A DNA stretch of 64,000 nucleotides from contig NC_073409.1 in the NCBI RefSeq assembly GCF_028641065.1, forward strand, positions 7,998,001-8,062,000. Reading direction: 5' to 3'. The number at the start of each line of letters is the position of its first letter. The first letter of the stretch is position 1. The DNA is from Leucoraja erinacea. Lineage: Eukaryota. Positions 48,901 through 61,600 of this stretch are shown one piece after another. The notes below the pieces were generated by a model. The model ran no database searches and was not told the DNA's origin. It was given only the letters and a program-made list of their open reading frames with translations. A program made the position numbers and the translations under genes.

Positions 48901-49620
48901 AACCGGTGCTGTGCGTGACTGACAGGCGCGGGGGGCCGGGCGCCACCTGCAGGCGGGCAGCCAACGGGAGCCGGGCGGCCGCGTGACGTCAGGGGCAGCC
49001 AAGCGGGCCGCTTTGTCCGTGTAAACAGGGCCGGGCGGGCGGGCGCACACAGGCCGCTCGCTCCTTTTCTTTATCTCTTATTTTGTTTAAAAAGAGGTAG
49101 GTTTCGCTGTCATCGCGGAATTCCTCCAGTCAGATTTTTTTCTTTCCTGCAAGAGGGATGTTTTGGACCTGCTAGCCCCGCGGGCACTGTTGGCGATGGG
49201 GGTTGGGGGGGGGTTTCTTGGCTCCATTATCTTTCTCTTCTTCACCGCTGCGGGCCTGGCCGCTCCCACTCAACCCAACTCGCTGCCGGAAGTGCCGACA
49301 CGGAGGGGGCGGGCCCAGGGTGGAGGGGCGGGGTTTGTTATTGACGGGGACCTCGACCAATCGGATCTGTGGCCTGGGCAGATTGGCAGCGTCCTGGCCA
49401 ATGGGAAACGTTGGTCGCCAAGGAGGCGGGGTTTTCCACGCCAGCGAGTTGGGTTGAGGGAAGAGTTGGGCCGTGACCAGTCCCGGCCGGGGTGTTGACG
49501 TGCCCGGGGCTGGGCCAGACCAGGCCCTGGGGCCGCATTCGCTTCATGGTCGAGTGGGGAGGGGGAGAAGGTTCAGTCCACACGGGCAATGCTCGGTGTA
49601 AGCGCGGCCCCGGATACAGT
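48900..49620 (+). promoter_or_regulatory. CpG-island promoter and non-coding first exon region of ZFAND6
   Basis: High CpG density; full CRE TGACGTCA (48984-48991), TGACTGACAG (48916-48925), forkhead GTAAACA (49021-49027), ETS CCGGAAGT (49286-49293), GC boxes, three CCAAT boxes, GGGGTTTTCC (49428-49437); candidate donor GAG|GTAGGT at 49097. Confidence 0.8.
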
Positions 49621-52007
49621 CAACTTGACTTGTCGGAAATTCCAACTCTCAAGTAAAACTTGGCATCGAAACAACATTGTGACTGCGGGGGTCGGGGGTG
49701 CGAGTATCGGGGCTGCTGCACCTGTTCTCTGTGGCCTGTTGGGAGGGATGTTTGGTCCAAGAGCAGAAGCATTTGGGTGGTGGCTTCCAACCCGGAACTA
49801 AGTGCAGGTTTACCAAGGTCAAGGTTCCCTTGAAGAGTGGTATTTACGGAGATAATAACAAAAGAGTACAAAATGTTGGGCTTTGCCATTAGTTCAATGT
49901 GATTAAAGATAATTGGGTGGACTTTTTATTTATATAAAATTAAGTGTTAATCCTGGGAACAGCAGGTGCAGTGGTTTCAGTCGGGTGCTGTATTGAAAGT
50001 GTGAAATGTATAGCCAGCAGTATATTAAATGCTGTACTATTTATATCATAGTGGTACAGAACAAAAAATATCTACCATGCCCCTGCCAGTTAGCAAGTAA
50101 CCTCTTACCCTCGGCGTCTACAATCTAAGCGCATCATCATTTTCAGTACCTCAATCAGGTTCTCACAGCCTCCTCTGCTCTTAGGAAAACACATCCAGCC
50201 TATCTAATCTCTCATCACACCTGAAATGCTCCATGTCAGGCGACATGATGAATCTCATCTGCTGCCTCTTGTATTGCAGTGGACAGAACTGTACATAATA
50301 TCCAGCCTATCTGGTGTTTTAGAAAGTTGTACCACATTGTCCATGTTCTTTTCTTTGCTCTGGCCTTTGAAAGCAAGTATCTTGTATGATATTTTTCCCA
50401 CCTTACCAACATGTGCTGTCATCTTCAGTGATGTCTGGATTTGTAAACATATACAATGAACAGAGGGAGCTATGTTCTACTCTTATCAGCCTTCCCAAAA
50501 TGCATTATCTTGCATTTATTAGGAAGAATTTCCAACTACCATTGTGCTGACAATTGGACCTATTAGTCAATATCTTGTAGATCTTGACTCCTCAAAAACA
50601 TCAACAAAATTTGTGTGTCATTGTGTCACAATACCTTTTACATCCATATTCACACTGAATATAACAATCACGAAGGACCCAGCACCGATCCACATCGTAC
50701 ATTACTGGTCGTAGTTTTCAAAAGCAATCCTCCAACATCACCCTCTGTCAATGAAATTTTTGGATCCAATTTGCCAACTTGCCATATTCCCTACATATCC
50801 ATATGCCTACCCAAAAGCCTTGTGGTAACCATTATCCTACTGCTCATTAACAGTGCGTTTCATTCTGGAAAAAAACCTGCCCCGCACATCTGCTTTAAAC
50901 TTTCCCCCTCTGACCTTAAAACTATGCCCCTCAACCTCCAACATTCCAGAGGAAACTATCTAAGTTTGTCCAAACTCTCATATCTATAACCCTGTAATCC
51001 AAGCACCATTCTGATACTGAAGAAGGGTTTCGGCCCGAAACGTTGCCTATTTCCTTCGCTCCATAGATGCTGCTGCACCCGCTGAGTTTCTCCAGCTTTT
51101 TTGTGTAACATTCTGATAAACCTGTTTGGCACCATTTCCAAAGCCTCGACTTCCTCCTGTAATGGGGTGACCAGAACTGCTTACTCAAAAGGTGGCCCAG
51201 CCAAAGTTTTATAGAACAACAACAAAGCTTCTTGAACTCCTTGATCAATGAAGGGAGGTATAGCATTCATAAGCCTTCTTTACCACTTGATTTACTTGTG
51301 TTACCACGTTCAGGGAGCTATGAACTCCAACCCCAAGATCCCTCTGTCCAGCAATGCTTTTAAGGGTCCTACCATTAACTAGATTTTGAACCTGTTGCCC
51401 ATGTTCGACTGTCAAAAGCCTTACTGGAGTCCTTGTAATCTATACTGTCCACAAGTGCATTGCCCTTATCAAAACATTTTGTTACCTCAGAATTTCAGTG
51501 AATTATATCTCTCCTAATAAAGTAATCCTGATGATTTTTCATTAATCCCTGCCCTTGCAGATGTATACTTAATCCTCTCCTTCAGAATTTTCTTGAATAA
51601 TTCCCCAGCACTGACATTGATTGCAGGCCTAACCTTGTTGGCCTTTTTGAATAATGGTACTACATTTGCTGTCCTCCAGGGCACCCCACCTGTGACCAAC
51701 ATAGATTAAAAAATCTGTTGACTGTTTTTGAAGTGAACTTATTTATCATTAGTCCATAGAAAATCATGAAAGTTATTTACAACTTTTTTTTAATGAATTA
51801 AAGAGTGGAAGAAATAGTCAGGCACGAAGGCACTTACAGATGAGATTAAAATTGGAACCATCTCCAGCTCTTAGCTACGGTGTGATAAAAAATGCAAACT
51901 GCTTGGACGAAACAAAAACTCATCCTTGCTAAAAGCAACAGTCACAGAGTCAGGGAATTGTAAAGCATGGAAACAGGCTGTTTGGCTCAACTCATCCACG
52001 CTGACGA

Positions 52008-52245
52008 CAGACACTAAATTGCTGGAGTAACTGAGCGAGACAGGCAGCATCTCTGGATAGAAGGAATTGGTGACATTTCAGGTCGAGACACCTTCTTCAG
52101 ATTGTCTTCTTGAGTCTGAAGAAGGATCTCGACCCGAAATGTCACCCATTCCTTCTACCCAGAGATGCTGCCTGTCCAGCTGAGTTACTCCAGCATTTTT
52201 TGTGCCTGTCTTTGGTGTAAACCAGCATCTGCAGTTCCTTCCTAC
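52008..52245. repeat. Head-to-head inverted pair of Penelope-derived repeats (~90-bp arms, ~13-bp spacer)
   Basis: GCTGGAGTAACT..GCAGCATCTCTGG..CTTCTTCAGA / TCTGAAGAAGG..CCAGAGATGCTGC..AGTTACTCCAGC. Confidence 0.85.
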
Positions 52246-53189
52246 GTATTTAATCACCACTGACCACTGGGCATCCTTATATATTAATCCCAACTCCCAG
52301 CACTTGGTCCACAGCCTTCACACTTTTCAAATGCTGTCAACCACCCACCTTCAAGTACTTTCTCAGGCAGTGCATTGCGGGTACTTGCCACTCTCTGGAT
52401 GAAGAAGGTCCTCCCCTTCATTCTTCTAAATCTTTTCCACGGTATCAAATGTCCTCTAGATTTATCTATCTATGAAAAGGGGAAAAGTTTCTTGCATTCT
52501 ATCCTATCTGTACCGTCATGATTTTATATACCTGTACCTCAATCATCTTCCCTTTAAATCTTCATCACTCCAGGGAAAACAGACCCTGCTTCTCAATTTC
52601 TCACAACTGAACTGTCCCTTTCCAGGCAACATCCTGGTGAAACTCACCTGCACTCTCATCAGCACTATCAGATCCTTCCTGCAGCATGGTAATCAGAGCT
52701 TCACGCAGTATTCCAACTTCAGTCAGACCAAGGTTTTATAAAGTTAGAGTTTAATATCTTTACTTTTGTGTTTGATGTCCTAATGCAATTCCTAATGGAG
52801 ATACATGAGACCGAAAATGCTGGAATCTTGAGCAAAAAACAAAGTGGTGGAGAAACTCAGTGGCCAAGCAAAATCCGTGGAGGTGAATTCTCAGACGACG
52901 TGTCGGGTTGGCACTCTTCTTTTGACTATCTTCAGAGTTTGAAGAAGGATCCTGACCCAAAATGTTTCCCTCTAGCCTGCTGAGTTCCTCCAGCACCTAG
53001 TTCTTTGCTCATTATTCTATATGGCACAAAACATGAGGCAGAGAGGTCCTGGTTAGTTTTCATGTACCAGTTTACTGAGTAATTCTCATACTGACCCAAA
53101 TGAATTGTTCTCATCTTTTTCCCCCCCAGAAGAAGCATGTGGAGACTAGTGAGTTCAGGGAGGGATATATTGATCGTCGTAAGCATGTA

Positions 53190-54680
53190 ACTATTAAGAC
53201 AGTGGAAGTGTTGGGTGTCTTTGGAACACATAAAAGTAGATAAATACCCAGGGCTGGATAAGATCTAGCCCATAATGCGATGGAAGAAAGGGAGGAAATT
53301 GCTGGGGTTCTGATCAAAATGTTTGCATCTTTGTTAACAACAAGCGAAGAACCTGAAGACTACAGGAGAGTTCTGTTCTTTTATTTCAGAATGGCAGAAG
53401 GAATAAGCCAAGTAACATAAGCTGAGAAGCCTTGCATTAGTGGTATGAAAATTATTGAAGACAATTCTCGGTTGACAACATTTACATAGGTTTGGAAAGG
53501 CTGTGTCTGATTGATAGCCAAAATGGCTGTGTGCAGGGGAATTCCTATCTCACTAATTGAATTTTTTCAGGTGGAAACAAAGGTTTCAGGATGGTAGATG
53601 TGTATATAGAGTTTGGTTAGGCATTTGACAAGGTCTCACATGGTAGGCTGGTCCAGAAGGTTAAGGCACCTGGGATCCAAAACAAGTGAAAGAAGGCAGA
53701 AGATAGTGATGGAAGGATATTTTTCTGATTAGAAACCAGTAACTCTTGGTGCGCTGGGTATCAATGCTAGAGCCTTTGCTGTGATATATTAACAACTTGG
53801 ATGTGAGTGCAAGAGGTATGGATGGCATGGTGTTGTAGATAGTGAGGAAGGTTGTCAAAGTCTATGGCAGGATATAGACCAGATAGAAAGTTAGGCAGAG
53901 TATTTAATCAGAGAATTTAATCATGACAAGCGCGAAGTGATGTATTTTAGCAAGTCATACAGAGGCAGGACATGTACAGTAAATGGTGGAACACTAGGCA
54001 ATGTTAATGAACAGAGAGACTATGGAGACCAGCACCATAGTTCACTGAGAATGGTAGCACAGGTAGATGGGGTGGCGAAGAAAGCAGATTCATGCTTGCT
54101 GTCATAGGTTGGGGTATAGAGTTGGGATGCTTTACAACTTTACAAAACACTGGTTAGGCTGCACGTGGAGTATTTTGTGCAAACAAAGTTGCCACGCTAT
54201 AAGAAGGATGTGATTACACTGGGGAGAGTATAGAGATTTACCAGGTTGTTGCTTGGATTCGTGGACTTTAGTTATGGAATGAGATTGGATAGGTTGGGAC
54301 TGTTTTTCTGAAGCGACAGATGCTGAGGGGGTCACCTGACAGAAATATATAAGATCATGAGAGGCACAGATTGGCTAGATAAAATATTTTCCCCATGGTT
54401 GGGATATCACAAACAAGTGGGCATATGTTTAAGTTGAGAGGAAGGAATGTTTAAGGAAATCTGAAGGGTACATTATATTACAGAGCGTGGTTGATATCTG
54501 GAATACAATACCAGAGGAGACGGTGGAATCAGATACAATTACTATGTTTAAGACCTATTCAGGAAGATACTTAAATTGGCAAATCATAGATGGATATGGT
54601 CGGACAAATGGGATCCATAGATGGACAAAAATGTTGGCGTGATCATGGTGGGCCAAAAGAACAATTTCTGTGTTGTATAA
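53190..54680 (+). mobile_element. Degenerate CR1 LINE (RT region to 3' end)
   Basis: Recognisable GCATTTGACAAGGTCTCACATGGTAGGCTG (AFDKVSHGRL), CTTTACAAAACACTGGTTAGG and CTGAGGGGGTCACCTGACAGAA; many stops. Confidence 0.8.
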
Positions 54681-55689
54681 GCCTGACTTGATTCCATATT
54701 GTGTCCAAAAATCTATCAGTCTTTTAGAAACCAATGGTCTGCAATCGTACCTGAGTAAAGGACTTTTGTTACATATCAGTCATGACTCCTTATGTTGAGA
54801 CTGTCTTGTAGTTGTTATCTCTTCACCTCAGAGACACCAATGGGTGTATATCTATGCTGTGAATAGCTTTTGGTATATTTTACATTTCAATAAAACCGCT
54901 TCTCATTCTTGCAAATTCCATGAGCACAGACATGCCTTATCCAATCTAACCTCAGGTAGGTGAGTCCTTCATCTGAGGATTCAGTTGAATGAATCTTGAT
55001 GCGCAAGCTTCTAGACAAGTATATTCTTTCTTGAATGCAGGACATAACTGTCTCCATTTTAGCGCAGATAGACACCAAATGCTGGAGTAACTCAGAGGGA
55101 GAGGCAGTATCTCTGGAGAAAAGGAATGGGCGACGTTTCGGGTCGAGACTATTTTTCAGTGCAACTGCAAAAGGCTTACTCAGTGTTGTACTAAATTATT
55201 TGGCAGTAAAGAACAATGTACCTGTTTCTAATTGGTAGTAAACCTGCATAACTTTATGCTTATCATGAATTCCCATTTACCAGATTATTTACACAAAATG
55301 ATTTTTTGATCATTCTACCAAAGTAAATAACTCCTACATTATACTCCCTTCAGCTATTCACTTTACTCATCTATATTATTTTCTGCTCACAGTTAACCTT
55401 ACCCCCTAGTTTATGTTAATTAGCACGTAAATATGAGTGCATTCAAGTGAAACATATTCAGGTATTAACATAGCACACCCAGTGCTGATCCTTGTGACCC
55501 TCTAAAAGCAGACATACCCTTTTCTCTGCTCTTTAACAGGCCTTCGACCTCAATAGGCCAGGAAATGCCTCATACTAATATACAAGGATTATACTGACTG
55601 TCCTAAACTCCTCCAACATCATAATTGTGGTGGAATACAGTTGAGTAAGGGTGCTCAGGAAGTTTGATATTTCTGGTAGACCAGACTAT

Positions 55690-56370
55690 CTCAACAGAAT
55701 AGGAAAAACGGAGTGAACATGATAACAGACATAAATGGCCAGCTTTGACAGAGATAGCTATCTAAATTTGCACAATTCAACGTTGTAGGCTGCAATGTAC
55801 TCAGCTGGATGATGAGTATTGTTCCCCAAACCTCATAACAGTGTAGGAGGCCACAGATGGAGAGGTCAATGTGGATGATGAATTGAAGTGTCAAGCAGTG
55901 GTCACTGCATACAGGTACTCTTCAGTGCGATGACCTGATCCGTGTATGTTTTCTCCAATGAAGAGAAAATTATATTGTGAACATCTAATGTCGAACACTA
56001 GATTGGAAGTAGTGCAAGTGAATCACTGCTTCACTTGGAACAACTGTTTAGGTCCCTGGATGGTGGAAAGGAAGAGGTGAAAGGACTCTCCTGTATCTCC
56101 TGTAGTGGCCTGGGAGTGCCCTAACATTGAAACTGTTTGCTGGGGAAGGTAGAGCAGACCAGGAGCTGTAAGGAGAGTGATCCTTGCAAAATGCTGAATG
56201 TGGAGGAGAGGGGGACATATTTCTGGTGGCGGTGCCTTGTTGGAGCTGGTTAAAATTGCAGAGGATTTTAAACATGGGAGGCATTTGGGGTGGAAAATAG
56301 GGAGCAGGAGAACTCTGCATGCTCTGTCCAGGGGAAGAGAGGGGTGAGCGCAGAGGTTTGAGATGTAATT
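55690..56370 (-). mobile_element. Highly degenerate Penelope remnant (another at ~58990-59450, + strand)
   Basis: STIQGPKQLFQVKQ peptide matches DSIQGPKQSFQVRQ of the 11.3-12.8 kb element. Confidence 0.65.
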
Positions 56371-58499
56371 TTCTGTTGTAATATGGTCAATATGCATGTC
56401 CCTTTACAACAAGATTATTAAGTAACCTTTGCCATTTACACAGTACTAGATCTAAAATAGCTGTCCCAAAGCGAATAAAACTTTGCCTTATAAAAATTAA
56501 TTATTTGTGCTTTGTTTTACCCAGTCTACTAGGTTAAAATCCTCTATGCTAACTGTATTTGACCTGTCATACACACTTCTATATTCTTTGTGCTCTGGTC
56601 TACATTACAACTACTAATTGGAAACCTACAAATATGTGCTCGCAATGTTTTCTGCCTGAACAGATACCAGCCCAGTAACATAACATGATAAGTTTTTACC
56701 ATCGTTCATTCAACATCAAGTACTGATTTAATCTAATCCCATTTTCCAACACTTGGTCCATGTGTAAACGTGGCATTGGAATAGAAAGGCATGGATTTAG
56801 GAGCTAATAAATGAAAGGATTTGGGGGAGGAGAGGTAGCTTGAAGAAGACACAGATGGCAGTTGCAGTTATATTTATGGGAAACAGATACTAGTTGTTTT
56901 GAAAGAAGTAGAGTATACAGAAACTTAATTTTAAAAATGTACTGTGCTGAATGTGCACCACGTTTCTTGTTTGTATGAGCAGGTCAGATTGAGTGTCCGG
57001 TGATAAGTGAGTCACTGGAAATGCCGAAATCTCCCCCAATTTACATGCTCAAATTGGGTGTGTTTGGTATGCTTTTCACAAGCATGGAGGAGTGTAGCTA
57101 TACCAACTCTAAAGAGGTTTAACACCATCAAGTATAGTCTCCAAAATGCGCTGCAATTACACCAGCAGCATTTCCTAAACCCATGACTTCTTTCATCAAG
57201 AAGATCAAGGGCTTCTGATACATGCGCCCACCACTGCTTGCAGATGCTGCCCTAAGTTGAGCATCAAGTTGCCTTGGAAATATATTCAACATCTTTCATT
57301 ATCCCCCAGTCTAAATCTCACAGCCTCCTCCTAACAGCATTGTGGGCATATCAGAAGGTTCAAGAGTAAGACTCACTATCACCTTCTCAAGAGATGTCCA
57401 GATACCGTAAAATTAAGAAATAACAATAATTAGTGATTTAGAGGTCTGTAAGGAAATGTGTGGATGATGCATAGTGGCCAATGATATCAGAAAACGTTGG
57501 TTCTGGGAAGGGGTTGTGGGCAAGATTAACTGGGCATTATGGTTGAGAAATACATGGAATCAGGGCTGAGAGACTATGAGGAAATTTAACTTGGTAAAAA
57601 TGAACCACCTGATCTTGTGACCACACTTGTTATCAAACAACTTATGACCTTGCATAAGCTGTGGGTGACGTTTAAAGGAGGGAAAAGAGGGATGGGAACT
57701 TAAGGGATTAGTTGTTAGTGCAGAAGCTTTCTGGGCTGTAGCTTTTCGCCAACAGGATGTTTGGAGACTGGAGTGTGGAGCCTGACATGGTTGGGACCCA
57801 TCTGAAATGAAGGTAAAAACAATGGTGTGCACGATTGGTTGGTAGTTTGTAAAATTATTGAAGAAGCTTTTCTTTTTTTCAGGAGAACATTTGGCAAGAA
57901 ATGGGGTTGGGTAGAGTAGTTGCGAAGTGCAAAGGAGTAATTGGAGATGGCTTTATCTATGCTCACAGGCCCACATGAGAATAGATGAAATAATAGGATG
58001 AAAAATGTATTTTTGTTTTGAAAAAGCGGTATATATTTTGTTATTTCTGTGGATCCAAAGATGATGCAAGTGTCTGTATATTTAAATAATTGTTATCAAT
58101 TTCGTCGCATGGGTTTGGGAAATGTTTCTGTTGAATTTTGCATTTTTGTCCTTTGAAAGAAAACTCACGGGAGACTTCTATAGAATTGTTTTGTTTCCTT
58201 GTTGAAGTTATATTGCCTATGTAAATTCAAAATCCTTTGGAGTGCTTTCCTAATGGGAGTATCATATCTTGAGGTATATCATTACTGTGATGCCCTTTGT
58301 ACCCAATCTTTGTATATGTGAGCAGTAATATTGCTCTCTGCAGCCATGATACAGTGAAATACGGTATCTTTTGGAACAGTTCTTTGGCTGTAGTAACACC
58401 TATTTTGGACCAACCTGAATAAAGTTATGTCCATGATGTAAGTTTATCAGCATCTCTGATTTTTGCTTATTTTTATCCACATTTGGGTAATGTGCAGCA

Positions 58500-58638
58500 G
58501 TGGGTGGGGCTTGCTGAAATGACATCACATTGACTGACAGCTAGTTTGTGCTTACTAAACAATAAGTATTAAACTTGGGGGAGGGAGAGACCTGCATCCA
58601 GTCAAAGGTGCAAATAATGCAAAAATCAAGAAATTAAG
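58500..58638 (+). promoter_or_regulatory. Candidate alternative promoter/enhancer and non-coding exon of ZFAND6
   Basis: GGGTGGGGC, TGACATCA (58520-58527), TGACTGACAG (58531-58540), TAAACAA (58556-58562), donor-like AAG|GTATAT at 58639; non-repetitive context. Confidence 0.4.
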
Positions 58639-61600
58639 GTATATGCTGTGATTTGTTTAACATTTTTTTTAATCGAAGGTTTGATTAGCAGAAGATGCAC
58701 AGGCTGGCAGCTTAAGGATGAATTTCTCGCGCCCGAAGCCATTCTAACGTCGGCTCTGAATTAATGCAACTTTGCAACCTTCAGTAAACAGAGTAACTTA
58801 TTTTCTACTATTCATTTGGGTATATTTAAGATTGTGCTATTGCTTTGTCATTTATAGGTAACTAGCTTTATTTGGATAGGTTTCTTCAGTGAGGTAACCA
58901 ATGTTTGATGTTAAATGAATTAATTACACTAGCAGTAAATACCACACCACAAAAGCATTTCATTGTCTGCGAGTACTTTGTGATGCTTGAAGAATAAAAC
59001 ACTAATCTGAACTTCAATTAACCAGTTTCTTCTGCTCTCACTCCTCCTCTCAGCCAGAACAAGGAAAGGGTTCTTCTTGGTCTCATCTATCCTACCAGCC
59101 TCCATGTTCAAAGGATCATCTTTCTTAATTTTTGCTTCCTTCAATAGGGTTCCAACATCAGCTCTTCCCTTTCCTTCCACTCTCGGCATCCAAAAATAAT
59201 TTTCACAACTCTCTGGGCAGCCGTTCCATCTCCATCAAACACTCCACTTCTCATAGCATTTTGCCAAATAACCACAAGAGATGGAACACTTGCTCTTTTG
59301 CCTCTTCTCTTCCCGAAATTTAGGGATCTTTACAAGTGAATTTTCACTTCTTCCCACTCACTGTAATCCATTCTGTATTTGCAATGTGATTGGAGGGACC
59401 AAAGTGTGATTGGGTGACTACTTTGCAGAAGACCTCTACTCAGACCTGAGAAACTAAGTTCACAAAAAGTAGAAATAAGTGGACACATTTTTATTTGCGA
59501 ATTTTCATTTAGATTGTAGTTTGGATTTCACTGTTAGGTACAAATCGGCAAGTTTATTATTTGGTGTCTCGATTCATAGGCACTTAAGGAAATAGTCTGA
59601 AACTGCAGCGACCCTGACTATTCTGTTAGAATTCTCTTTTATTGTTCACTAATTAGGGGGGATAATTATTTATTTAAGATGTAACACGGTCTTAGGTTTG
59701 AAATTTAAAACACTATTCAGTTGATCTCAGTGATCTCAGGGCGCCACAGTGACACAGTTGGGCGAGCTGCTACCTCAGGGCACTGGAGGCCCAGGTTCAA
59801 TCCTGACCTCAGATGCAGTCTGTGTGGAGTTTACATGTTCTCCCTCTGATTGCATGGATATCTTCTAGGTGCTGTATGTGTGTTATGATTGTGTTTATAA
59901 TTTGTTTGGTTGTTTTGTTGTTTGTCTTTTGAACAAAAGCCCGCGAGCATTGCCACTTTCATTTCACTGCACATCTCGTATGTGTATGTGACAAATAAGC
60001 TTGACTTGACTTGCTCTGGTTTTCCTCACACTTCCCAAGGACGTTTGTTAATTGGCCTCTGTAAATTGCCCTTAGTGTGGGGAGTGGATGAGAAAGTGGG
60101 ATAACATAGAACTAGTGTGAATGGGTGATCAATGGTCTGCGTGGTCTCGGTGTGCCAGAGAGCACTGCTACATCTCTAAAATCTACAAAACTAGTCCAGG
60201 TTTCTTTTAGATCTGTTTGTTTCTTTTCCAGCAATAGGATACACCAATTTCTATTCAACTATTTTTCATAAAAAGTAATTTTGTAATCATGTCATAGTTA
60301 AATTTGATTAGGAAATGGTGGCAACAAAATGCAAAATGTGTGTTTGCAACTAACTGCAACATATATTTGAGCAAAGGAATGTTAATTGTAAACTTGACTT
60401 TTGTTGCTGGGAACGAGATTTTTTTCTGAGCACATTCTGGATGAGAGCATGAGAGTTAAGACATAACAGTTGAGCAATACGGCCACTAATGCTAATTTTA
60501 TGGAAGAATGTTAAACCATATTAAAGGAAAAGTTTCATTTGGGTAAATATTCCATGTGGAAACGTGTACCTTTAATTTCAAGCAGCCAGCCAAACGATTT
60601 TGGAGTTAACCAGTAGACATCTTTTTCTTGGGAATTTCTTGTTTGATGATAAAAATGGCTATATTTATTTACATTTATTTATTTCTATGGTTCCTCCATT
60701 TACATAGCTTGTGTGTAACAATGGAATCATGACTTTAGTTTCTCACAATTTCTTCCTTGAGTTGGTAAACGATTAGCTACATTGCAATTGAACGCAGCCG
60801 AAGCGCTCAATGTTGAAATTGTCTCCTGAAATTCAAATAAATGTAGTGTTTATGCAGTTTGTTTGTAGCTTCAATCTTTATCCGCCCCTGAAAACTTTAG
60901 TTTAGTTTAATTGCCACGTGTACTGAGGTACAGTGAAAAGCTTTTGTTGCGTGCTCTCCAGCCAGCAGAAAGACAATACATGATTACAATTGAGCCATTT
61001 ACAGTATATAGATACATGATAAGGGAATAATGTTCAATGCAAGGTAAAGCCAGCAAAATATAAGTAGCAGCTGATCAATAGTGTACAGGCTGCTATTTGT
61101 TATTGGCACATTTTAATGGTGACTTCTTTATTAATGTGTGAATCAGCCAGCATGTGATGACGAGGGTAATATACCTGGGAAATAGAAGTCATTTAAATAT
61201 AATAGATAACTAACATTTGTTTGTTAACTTAATTGAAACTGTAGCTCAGGCTCAACCTCGGTTTTACGTGTTTACTTCATATATAAAAGTAAGAGCTAAT
61301 TTAACTGTTAATACAATGCTGGTAATTGTTAGTGCAGTACTTGTACAATATTAATCAACCTCCCTGAGCCAGAAAACAAATCATTTAAACCTGGTCATTC
61401 TTGTATTCAGTTTTTGTACCCGAGTTGATTTTAATTCACCTTTTTCAACATTTTCTGTTTTCCTCCCACTTCTCAAAGATGTGCTAATTGGCTAATATAA
61501 ATTACCCATTAGTGTAGTTGAGTATCAGAAGAACAAGAGGGGGACTTGATGGGCAAGAGAGAGAATACGTTTTCCAGCTGCAAGAAAATAAGAAGAGGGG

